From a virus (lineage: Duplodnaviria > Heunggongvirae > Uroviricota > Caudoviricetes), in the IMG/VR virus record IMGVR_UViG_3300033463_000048, positions 1 to 39,433 of that record: 39,433 bases of DNA; one strand, given 5' to 3'. Position numbers and translations under genes: made by a program. Under the pieces are notes generated by a model, which ran no database searches, had not been told where the DNA came from, and saw nothing but the letters and a program-made list of their open reading frames with translations. Of the stretch, positions 17,901 to 26,900 are shown piece by piece; the stretch's first letter is position 1; every line of letters starts with the position of its first letter.

Positions 17901-20900
17901 TGGAAGATTTAGTAATTGGAACCGATGAGTGGAAAGAAAAGCTTGTTGAAGTAAATAAAGAAGTTTTGAATTTAATACAAGAATATCCTAAATTGGCTAA
18001 ATACGTCCAAAAAGATATGTTTGGTATGTTTACAATTGATCAAAGTGGTTTTGACCAATTGGCTAAAGAACAAGAAAAAGCAATTTTAAATTTACAAAAA
18101 GAACAATTAAAACAGCAGGTAAAAGTAAATAATAATACTAGAATAGAAAGACGTGAAGAAATTATAAAAACCTTTAATATTACTGGAGAGCAATATTATG
18201 ATTTAAGTAAGTTAGATCAAGAATCTTTATTAGAATATTTAGAGTCAGATATGAGAATACAAAATTTAAGTTCTGAATTGAATTTAAATGCTTCTGAAAC
18301 GGTTAATCTTATTACTTCTTTAATTGAAAATAGAGAAGTACTTGATGAAAATAATGCAAGTATAGATGCGTTGTCTGCTTCTATTGATCAACTTAATCCT
18401 GATACTAATATGGCAGCAAAAGCGAGAATGTCTTATACTGTAGACAAAGATTTAGCCGAAAGTATTAGAAGTGGTTTGCGTGAAGGTAGTGATTATATAA
18501 ATAATCAAGAATACCAAAAACGTATGAGTGAATTAGCTAAAGAATATGGATTAGGAGATTGGCGAGAGACTCTTAAAGAGTTAGGTTATTATGAATCTAA
18601 ATATGAAAGTGAACAATTAGCTGTTTTATATGGTTTAAGTATGGGAATTACTGATTTTCAAACTTCTATTGATCGTTATACTGAAAAAGCAGATAAAGCA
18701 TTTTTCGGTATATGGGCGAGAGAAAGAAAAACCATGGAACAAGAAATTGGTAATCGTTTAGCTGATAGAGATGCTCAGAAAAAAGCACAAGAAAACGCAG
18801 AAAGTAAATCTAAAGAAGAACAAGATATTATTAACAAAATTTTATCAGGAAAATTAAATCTTTTAACTAAAGAGGAATTTGAATCGCTACAAGCAAACAA
18901 TTTTCAAAAAGCAAAAGACTTACAAAATGAATATGGAAATTTGGGAAATGCAGAATATTTTGATAAATTGGCCAAATTTATTAGTGTTTTTTCAAATTTT
19001 GATGAATTAGTAGAAAAAGCTGTTCCTTCGGGATTGTCTTATTCTGTTCCTTCTATTTCAAAAGAAGTTTTAGGAGCAATAAGCAAACTTCAAGGGGATT
19101 TTATGCGTAATTATGAAGTTTATTCAAAAGAAGAAAAAACTATGATTAACAATTTTAAAAGTTTTTTACGAGATAAAGGATATAATCCTGACATGCTTAC
19201 TACGGAAAAAGTCAAAGAACTTGCATCAGACTTTTTAAATAATTATGAAAGTTTAGAAGAAGATAGAAAAAGAGCTGAGCAAGAAGACCAAGATAGAGAA
19301 AATAGAAATAAAAAAGATTTTACTAAACAATTTACAGAATTAGATACTTTACCTTTTTTGGTTTCTGAGAAATTGAAAAAGATTTTTAATGATTTTACAG
19401 AAGGTTTCTCTGGAATTGATACTACTCAAAGCGCACAATTAGCAGATACTATTAGAAAAATGTATTATATGCAAGGTGAAGAGGGTGCTCAAGCTTATTT
19501 GGATGCTCTTAGTGCTGCTTTAGAAAACATAGATCCTAAAGATATAAATGATTTTTTAAGTGCAGTATTTAGTGGTTTTGATCCAAGTTCACTTGATTGG
19601 ATAGAAAGCTTAAATTCCGCTCTTAAACAAAAAAATGGTAATGTTCCTTGGATAGATACTTTTACTAATCAGATGAAAGATTTGGGAGAGGCTACTAGAA
19701 AAGTTGAATTAAAAACTTTAACAGAACAAATTGTAGAATTTGCTAATACATTACAATCGATTAAGTTAGGGGAATTTAAAAATACTTTTACAAAAGAGCA
19801 ATATGAAAAAATGCTTAAACAAGGTTTTGATCCTAATGCTTTTATAATGAATAATGAAGGAAATTATTTATTAAAGGGTGGAGCAGAAGCTTATGAAAAA
19901 GGCATGGATTCATATTTTAAGTCTATGACTGATGAAACTCACAAAGCTATTGTTGCGAGCTTTGAAAAAAATGAGGAATTTAATAATTTTGGCTCTAAAG
20001 ACGATTATAAAAAACAGACAAGTTATTATAACAGTTATACTGGATTAGGTAATGAAAGTGAAGATTTGAGACAATTTATCTTAGAAAACGCACATCTAAT
20101 TGGACAACCAGTTTATGATGTATTAAGTGCAACAACAGATCAATTAAAAGAGTGGCTACAGTTATTAATTAATAAAAGAGATGAATATAAAACAGTTGTT
20201 GATTCTCCCGAATATAAAAATAGACAAATTTTATTAGAGCAGCAATATAATACAGGTCATCTTTCTAGTTCACAATATTTATTTGAAAATGGTAATTTTG
20301 ATAAGGATAGAGCTTGGGCATTATATAACAATCTTTATGAAGATGAAAATATAGATAAGTCTAAAGTAGATAAACTTCGTGAATATATTGAAATAATGGA
20401 AAATGGTGGAGAAGAAGCTGAAGCGATAAAAAAAGACTTTCAAGAACTTGCTAGTGAATTAGGAGCACATTCTGCATTATCTAAATCATTTAATATAATG
20501 TCTAAATCAATGAGCAATATAACTTCTAAATTAGATTTTCTTGATGAAGGCGTTGTTGATTCTTTATCCGATGTAAAAGATGTAGAAGAAGCTTTAAATG
20601 GCTTAGGAATTACATTACCTCAAATTTATGATGAATTAGATGACTTAGAAAAGATGAAAATCACTCAGAATTATGCTGAATTGCTTAAGGCATATTCAGA
20701 AGGTTCTGAAGAAGCTTACCAAGGTATCATAGATTTAATTGTTATAAGTTCCGAAGATGGTTTTAATGCTCTTAAAGAATTACAAACAGAAAGTTTAGAA
20801 GAATGGTCTGAATATGCTACTGATTTAGCTTATATACTCCAACGTGCTGGAATGGGGACCATTATGGATAATGCTTTCAAATTCTGGAATGCAGAGGATT

Positions 20901-22786
20901 TACTTAAAGCTGCGGAAGATGCTGGCAAAGATAAAGATAAAAAGAAAAATCCTTGGGAAAATCCTTATGATTGGTTATGGAATATAACCGAACAAATCAA
21001 TAAAACTCTTTACCAGCGCGAGCGTCTTGAACGTAAATACAAACTTGCTGTAGAAGATACTGCTAAATCTGCTGAAGACTTATATAATATCTCTAAGAAA
21101 GAACTTGATAATCTCCAGGAACAAGCGCGTCTTCAAAGTTTGAAGGGGCAGAAGGCTACTGAAGAGGCGCAACTTCTTCTATCTAATTATAAAGAATATG
21201 CAAAATATGTATCTATGAATCCTCTTACTGGACAGGTACAGGTTGCATATGAAGAATTAGATAAGAAAGGTTGGAGCCAAGAGCAGGGTTCTGCTTTTGA
21301 AGCATTTGTAAGTAGACTTACCGAACTTGCAAATGAGATTAAGGAATCTAATAAATCTCTTGAAGAAATTGAAGATGAAGTAAAAGAAATCCAGTTACGT
21401 GGTAAACAAGAACTTATTGATTTGCAGAATAGAGTTAAGGATGCTCTTGTGACTGAACGCGAGCGTGAGATTGAAACTCTTGAACAAGTTAATGATGCAA
21501 TTACTAATCAGCAGTCTAAACTCCTTGATGCGATGAGAGACGAAATTGATGAAACGAGACGCATTAGAGAGAACACAGATAAGCAAGAAGAAATTGAAAA
21601 GAAACGTCAAAAACTTGCATATTTACAGAGAGATACGTCGGGTGCGAATCAAACTGAAATTCTTTCTCTTCAAGAAGAGATTGAGAAAGATACATTATCT
21701 TATGGTGATGCACTTATTGATCAATCGCTTCAAAAGATGCAAGAGGACAATGAACTTGCTGCCGAAAAGAGACAAGAACAGATTGATATTGCTAACTTTC
21801 AGTTGGCTAAATGGACTGAAAGTGGCGCGATTTGGGAAACGGTTGGGCCATTACTTGAAAATTTCTTTGATAATGATGGTGGAAAGCTAAAAGAACTCAT
21901 TAGTGATGCAGAAACTTGGCAAGAATTATCTAAATTAGAACGTGAGAATATGGAAGAAGAATTTGATGAAAATGGAAAATTAGCAAAATTATTTAATGAT
22001 GGTAATTTGTATAATGCTGCTAAGGGAACATTAGAAGAAGTTCAAAGTCAGTCTAATATATTACAGACCACTTTAGAAAAGACTGGCGCGTTAGGTAATG
22101 ATGTTCTTGATTTGGGTGATTATTTAAGAGTAACTCTTAAAGATTATAATCCTAAAGAAGATGATAGTTCTTCTGGTAGCGGAAAAACTTTAGGCGATAT
22201 TAAGAAAACTCTTGATAATTTATATCAGTATTTAAAAGATTACATTTTACCTAAGTCAACTGGAGTAGGCAATCCTGCTGGAAAAGCTGATTTAATTACT
22301 GGTATTGAGCAGAACTTAAGTCGTTATGGCCGCTCAAGAGCAGAACTAGAAGTCAAAATTGGTGAAAAATTAGATGGATTATCTGTTAATCAATTAAGTG
22401 TATTAACTACTTTCTTAAACGAGAAGAAATATGATCTCGATAATAAGGAATCATTAGAGTATATTAGAAAGTATAAAAAATATGCAACCGGTGGTCTCAA
22501 TACCCAAACCGGACCCGCATGGCTTGATGGTACTCCTTCTAAACCTGAATATGTGCTTAACTCTGATCAAACTCGCGCCTTCTTCAACTTAGTAAATGGT
22601 GTAGATGCAATTTCTAAGAGCAATGGCGCAGTCAGTGGCGGTGATAACTACTTTAACGTAGAAGTCAACGTAGATGAAATTAGTAATGATTACGATGTTG
22701 ATCGCGCGATTGAAAGAGTTAAACAAGCGATTTTTGATGATAGTCAATACAGAAATGTAAATTTCATTAGTGGATTTGCTTATTAA
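14984..22786 (+). CDS. Tape measure protein (2600 aa)
   Basis: TP901-type core (ELDEQMTKMAVV...ADTAGTALKTIIARF...IAAGSRQQSRFIAMM), hydrophobic stretch LGVIAAIIGAIIGTIAAIASIV, long coiled coils, C-terminal YATGG...GTPSKPEYVLN. Confidence 0.93.
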   Translation: MSSNKHTTFTIDINTNITNLLKGTEQAKNAISNIFNTGNLGQSLLGDFNKLNKILTRIQNTASGPIRSEWGAENLIADFSRADTELDEMISKLEEIKKNKDLRINILDDNEIKDFQTALDYSKKLGEQLKENEKIQAEITRLSQEQTKDEEARFEIEKKLAAAKKDKSIAQGQLTRIRNKYGIQEYTKEAYETEWKALASQWGLMQKNMQFNNAGAALGLSKDLLKVENPNLINIKAVMDSFKKTDENGKEIQRTKEEIEQLNKIEEKLRTLNNLKQKYFDFKAKSDAFAKAEKEVEVLQGKWDSLDKSVKDYEALINTNKGNFSNTFNTQEWKDFEVIAQRLGVDISNITEKSGIDQIQEKINLVHDAIQNKAVVGVDNLITHLGGLRQANKATQTSTNDLIDAQRKQNQQMNDVEAIANRIKYFTGFYGIMRIIRKAVNNALTTIKELDEQMTKMAVVTDPTVGDYWKRLPEYTKRANALGAAIKEVYEADTLYYQQGLKTNQVMQVSNETMKMARIASLNAAEATDRMTSAMRGFNMEINQASAQRVNDVYSQLAAITASDVNEISVAMTKTASIAHSAGMEFETTAAFLSQIIETTRESADTAGTALKTIIARFEELKKSPSEIGEIDGEVVDANKIETALRSVGIALRDTQGQFRDLDDVFLELASKWDSLDKNTQRYIATIAAGSRQQSRFIAMMQNYAHTTDLVAKANNSAGASQKQFEKTLDSMKTKLNALENAWNTFSMGILESNTSKFVLETGTKIIELLNSLTKTIDKMGGSFVGAAARVGILVVSLRTLGKVGRVSLAYLTGKGIGVKGGLAAKINNGLVATPADGSASQQVGLIQAITNLGAYNRSKKAYAATMAQNGQSTMTGAQVLTQNASGLKNFASGLGSIAIKLGVIAAIIGAIIGTIAAIASIVKSIKFNSQEEVFKRDREALDNYKNSVEELKNSLDDINVSSESYSSLVSEMEDLVIGTDEWKEKLVEVNKEVLNLIQEYPKLAKYVQKDMFGMFTIDQSGFDQLAKEQEKAILNLQKEQLKQQVKVNNNTRIERREEIIKTFNITGEQYYDLSKLDQESLLEYLESDMRIQNLSSELNLNASETVNLITSLIENREVLDENNASIDALSASIDQLNPDTNMAAKARMSYTVDKDLAESIRSGLREGSDYINNQEYQKRMSELAKEYGLGDWRETLKELGYYESKYESEQLAVLYGLSMGITDFQTSIDRYTEKADKAFFGIWARERKTMEQEIGNRLADRDAQKKAQENAESKSKEEQDIINKILSGKLNLLTKEEFESLQANNFQKAKDLQNEYGNLGNAEYFDKLAKFISVFSNFDELVEKAVPSGLSYSVPSISKEVLGAISKLQGDFMRNYEVYSKEEKTMINNFKSFLRDKGYNPDMLTTEKVKELASDFLNNYESLEEDRKRAEQEDQDRENRNKKDFTKQFTELDTLPFLVSEKLKKIFNDFTEGFSGIDTTQSAQLADTIRKMYYMQGEEGAQAYLDALSAALENIDPKDINDFLSAVFSGFDPSSLDWIESLNSALKQKNGNVPWIDTFTNQMKDLGEATRKVELKTLTEQIVEFANTLQSIKLGEFKNTFTKEQYEKMLKQGFDPNAFIMNNEGNYLLKGGAEAYEKGMDSYFKSMTDETHKAIVASFEKNEEFNNFGSKDDYKKQTSYYNSYTGLGNESEDLRQFILENAHLIGQPVYDVLSATTDQLKEWLQLLINKRDEYKTVVDSPEYKNRQILLEQQYNTGHLSSSQYLFENGNFDKDRAWALYNNLYEDENIDKSKVDKLREYIEIMENGGEEAEAIKKDFQELASELGAHSALSKSFNIMSKSMSNITSKLDFLDEGVVDSLSDVKDVEEALNGLGITLPQIYDELDDLEKMKITQNYAELLKAYSEGSEEAYQGIIDLIVISSEDGFNALKELQTESLEEWSEYATDLAYILQRAGMGTIMDNAFKFWNAEDLLKAAEDAGKDKDKKKNPWENPYDWLWNITEQINKTLYQRERLERKYKLAVEDTAKSAEDLYNISKKELDNLQEQARLQSLKGQKATEEAQLLLSNYKEYAKYVSMNPLTGQVQVAYEELDKKGWSQEQGSAFEAFVSRLTELANEIKESNKSLEEIEDEVKEIQLRGKQELIDLQNRVKDALVTEREREIETLEQVNDAITNQQSKLLDAMRDEIDETRRIRENTDKQEEIEKKRQKLAYLQRDTSGANQTEILSLQEEIEKDTLSYGDALIDQSLQKMQEDNELAAEKRQEQIDIANFQLAKWTESGAIWETVGPLLENFFDNDGGKLKELISDAETWQELSKLERENMEEEFDENGKLAKLFNDGNLYNAAKGTLEEVQSQSNILQTTLEKTGALGNDVLDLGDYLRVTLKDYNPKEDDSSSGSGKTLGDIKKTLDNLYQYLKDYILPKSTGVGNPAGKADLITGIEQNLSRYGRSRAELEVKIGEKLDGLSVNQLSVLTTFLNEKKYDLDNKESLEYIRKYKKYATGGLNTQTGPAWLDGTPSKPEYVLNSDQTRAFFNLVNGVDAISKSNGAVSGGDNYFNVEVNVDEISNDYDVDRAIERVKQAIFDDSQYRNVNFISGFAY
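15887..17016 (+). repeat. Exact 20-bp direct repeat pair in TMP (15887-15906 and 16997-17016)
   Basis: AAATGGGATAGTCTTGATAA occurs twice, 1110 bp apart and in frame; both copies encode KWDSLDK. Confidence 0.85.
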
Positions 22787-22798
22787 AAAATTTACTTA

Positions 22799-22825
22799 GG
22801 GGTAGAGATTGAAAATCTCTACCCC
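22799..22825 (+). other. Strong hairpin without a U-tract between TMP and Dit
   Basis: GGGGTAGAGATT-GAA-AATCTCTACCCC, followed directly by the AAGGAG RBS of Dit; possibly an mRNA processing or stabilising stem. Confidence 0.6.
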
Positions 22826-22838
22826 AAAAGGAGTGGAT

Positions 22839-23906
22839 ATGTATATTAGAAATGATGAATTTACCGGTTTTACTTTTAACGGAATTCATAGTTCAACTCT
22901 AGGTATTTATCGCGTATCAGAATCAAATAGACATACATATCTACTCACTCCTTCAATTAAGGATACGAAAGTAGATGTGCCTGGAACTGATTTTGATATT
23001 TATTTTAATACAAAATATGGAGAGTATGAATTTGAAATCTCTATTGCTTTCGCAGATTTAACTGAACTTCAATTTAGACGCTTTTCAGAATTTTATAAAA
23101 CCAAAAGTCCATTCCCTTTAATTTTTGATGAAAATCCATATAAAGTTTATATGGCAAAAGGTAGTGGCGCAGTTGATTTAAAATATGTATCTTTTGAAAA
23201 TGATGGCAAGCGTTGGTATGGTGGAGAGGCAAAATTAAAGTTTGTATGTAGAACTCCCTATGCTTTTTCGAGATTTAATTTTTTAGATAATTTTGAGAAA
23301 GCGAATTTAGAAGAGTGGCAGCAAACAGTTAATGATGGAACTGTAATGCAGAGCGGATATATTGCTGATCCTACAGATACTAGTCAGATTGTATATGACG
23401 AAGATGCAGATGGAAAAGTTGAATTTGAAGATGAAGTTAATAATTTTATAAATAAAGAATTATGGGAAGAAGCAAGTGATATACAAGAAGAAGGACAGTA
23501 TAATAAACCTTATGTAGAAAATGGAAAGGTAAAAATTAAGATTTATAATAGTGGTGATGTTCCAATGCCGATTTCAATACGGTTAAGATTTATAGATGAT
23601 TACATAGTTCCTTGCGCGCTATCGACTGAGGAAGACCCCACTCGAGTTTTGACTTGGAATGGGATAAGTAGAGATAAGTCAGATACTAAACTAAAAGCCG
23701 CGCAAGATAAATATGTAAATATAGATACAAATATTAATAGTGTAAATGGAGAAGATGAGTCTTATAGAAATACCTATCGTTCTTACCTTCAGTATTTTAG
23801 TGGAAATTTTATAACCGCGCCAATTGGTGAGACTACTTTGGTATTTTCTACTATAGAGATACTCCCATATATAGACGGAGTATTTTATAGATTTCGTTAT
23901 CTTTAA
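22839..23906 (+). CDS. Distal tail protein (Dit, 355 aa, MYIRNDEF...)
   Basis: AAGGAG RBS before ATG 22839; FTFNGIHSSTLGI, LIFDENPYKVY and FVCRTPYAFS are typical of siphophage Dit N-domains; follows TMP. Confidence 0.8.
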   Translation: MYIRNDEFTGFTFNGIHSSTLGIYRVSESNRHTYLLTPSIKDTKVDVPGTDFDIYFNTKYGEYEFEISIAFADLTELQFRRFSEFYKTKSPFPLIFDENPYKVYMAKGSGAVDLKYVSFENDGKRWYGGEAKLKFVCRTPYAFSRFNFLDNFEKANLEEWQQTVNDGTVMQSGYIADPTDTSQIVYDEDADGKVEFEDEVNNFINKELWEEASDIQEEGQYNKPYVENGKVKIKIYNSGDVPMPISIRLRFIDDYIVPCALSTEEDPTRVLTWNGISRDKSDTKLKAAQDKYVNIDTNINSVNGEDESYRNTYRSYLQYFSGNFITAPIGETTLVFSTIEILPYIDGVFYRFRYL

Positions 23907-23920
23907 GGAGGAAAAGGAGA

Positions 23921-26900
23921 ATGGATAATTTTGGTAAATTACCTTATGAAATTTCTATTTGGGATGATACTCATTTAGATAATAATGGGGATACTTTACC
24001 TTATTTTAGAGAGAAAAAAATTGCTATAATTGCATCTGATACAATGGATACGCCAATTATGGCTTTTGATAAAAACTTAACCGAGAGTGTAAATGGCTCT
24101 TATAAGCTCACCTTTAAAATGTATTATAAGTATAATGATGGTGGTGGGTTAGTAGATAATCCTTTCATTCCTTATATGGTTAATGAAAGAAAAGTTAAAC
24201 TTTTATATAAAAATAAATGGTATGAGTTTTTAATTAAAGATATTAGAGAAGAATCTTCTACTTATACCTTTACTTATGCCTTAGAGTGCTGTCATATAAT
24301 TGAACTTTCTAAGAATGGTTTTAACTTAGAGTTTGATGCACAGTTAAAAAATAATCAAGGTACTGCGCCCGAACTTGGACAGGCGGTGGTAAAAGATACT
24401 AACTGGCAGTTAATTGATAGTAATGGATATATAGACGAGACGACTCAAAGAAATAATATCGTTGATGATCAGGGGCGCACAGTAAAATCTGATTGTATTA
24501 TTCAGGAGACAAAAGAAGCATTATTCGAATACACAAGCACTGGCGCGTCTTTCTATACATATACTATGTCAGTTAGTGATGCTAATGGAACTCAGTTGAG
24601 CGCACAACCGGTATTGATGAATATTCCTAGCGGGGATAAGATTTATGTATTTTATTCTGTCGCTACTACTAGTGAAGTAGGAGATATTCAGTTTATCTAT
24701 AATTCTAATGGACAATACACTACTGATTCAGAACGCAATATTACTAATGGTAGTTATTTCTTAATTAGAAATAGTGAAATTACTCGTCCTGCCGCAAGTT
24801 ATGGATATAATATTGGTTTAGGTGGAATTACTCTCTTTACTATTGGAAATGTAAGTGAACAGTATAGAGGTATACGTTATGTAATTAGTAAGAAAACTAA
24901 GTATGATCCCCTCACTGATAAGTATGTAGATATATATACAGATTCTAATGATGAAGAAGTATATGTATATACTGAACTTGCTACTGATGCGAGAGAGAAT
25001 ATACTTAACTGCATTTCTAACTATAAGGATTTTAGATCTACCGGCGGTTGGAAGGGCAGTACATTAGCTACTGCCGGTACCAATCTTGCTAAGGTAGAAG
25101 TAGTAAGTACGCCAGACCTTATTACAATTTTTCAAAATAGTGTAGGCGGTTCTACAGCGATTTCAAATGTAGAAAACTATATTCCTTTAATTAAAATCGA
25201 TTGTCCAAATGTAAATAGCGTCGGATTTAACACTGGAATGTTTGATAACCGTGTTCAAATTAAGTCCTATTCTGCAGGACAAAAATTTCATTGTATTCTG
25301 CGCGCTAAAATTATGAGTTCGGAAATAGATCCAGCGGCTGATGGATTGGGAACTCTATCCTCATATAATGGAACAGTACAAGTTGCATCATATGAGATTA
25401 ATGAAAATGGTGCATGTGTTAATCTTACGACTTTATTTGAATTTAATAGTTTTTCTGTTATACAAAGTGGGCAATATGTTCATGCAATTGCAACTTGTGC
25501 GCAAGATATAACCGAAGCAGATGCAAAGAATTTAAAAATAGGTATATTCTTTAAAATTCCTTCGGGTATGAGATATATATATCTTGAAGAAGCCTGGATT
25601 TATAGAGAAGTTTTAGGTCCAAATAATCAGCCAATTATTGCTACAAGTCAGCCAACATATGATATACAGATTAATACAAGATATAAGGGTTATAGACCTA
25701 GTGATAATGTTGACATAACGGATAAAGAGAAAATTAATTGGTGCTGTGATGCAAATTCAGAACAAGAGTTTTTGGGATATAATTATAAACTTCAAACTAA
25801 TGATAATTCCCAAAAAATCTTATCTATTACTGCAAAAGAATCTAATTACTTTAATTTGATTCAAACAATCTGTGAAACTTTTGAATGTTGGGCGCGTTTT
25901 ACTATTCTTCATAATGCAGATGGTAGTGTGAAGTTTGAAGAATGGCCGGTCGGTAGTGGGAAGTATCGTCCTTGTAAATATATTACCTTACATAAATATG
26001 TTGGTCAACCTCAATATGCTGGATTCAGATATGGAGTCAATTTAAATTCAATACAGAGAACATTAGTTTCTTCTTCTATTGTAACTAAATTAATTGTAAA
26101 GAATAATAAGAATAAATATGCGCCTAACGGCTTCTGTGCAGTTGGTTTGGCGCAAAGTAATCCTACAAAACAAAACGCATTATTTAATTTTGATAATTAT
26201 ATAAATACGGGATTATTAGATGCACAACAGTTATATTATGACTTGTGGGATGATACGAATGGAATTGGATATTATAAAGTAATTTCTGCCGCATCAAAAC
26301 AGTATGATGACTATACTGCAAAGATAGAAGAAATTAATTCAATTCTTTATCCTTTAAAAACACAGATCACTGAAGCAGAAGTTGGTTCAAAGGCTGCAGC
26401 GCAGAAAATTCAAGATTCTAAAGAGCTTTGTGTTAGTAAGTTTGACTGTGAATATGAAGACTTTAAGAAGGGTATGAGTCCTCGTTATAGTCCTACTTAT
26501 GAACCAGCGGCCGATAGACTTAATTTCTTAGATGGTAAACATCTTCAAGCATGGTGTAGTTTTAATGGAGAAAACTTAGAAGTTCAGATTAACGGAAGTA
26601 CTCAAAAAGGTTTCTGCAAATCACAAACTTCTTATAAAGAAACTCAAGCATTTATTGCTTCAATTACAACTCTTCAAAATGAGTATTTGAAGTATATGGA
26701 AGTTTTGAGTGATGATCCTAAATCTCCTAAGTCTTTATATGATGGATATGAAGCGGAACTTAATGATCTTATCGATCAACGCAAAGTATTTGTTGATATA
26801 ATTGAAGCTAAGGATAAAGAATTTTATAATAAGTATTATCGTTATATTCAAGAAGGTACATGGATAGATGAGAGTTATGTAGACCATGAAAAATATTATC

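Noticed and set aside
1057-22838. Longer starts given in the track (1057, 11214, 11872, 22809) and the ATG at 4177
   Set aside because: Better SD-linked or overlap-coupled starts exist at 1123, 11244, 11974 and 22839; 4177-4179 is the intron 3' end.
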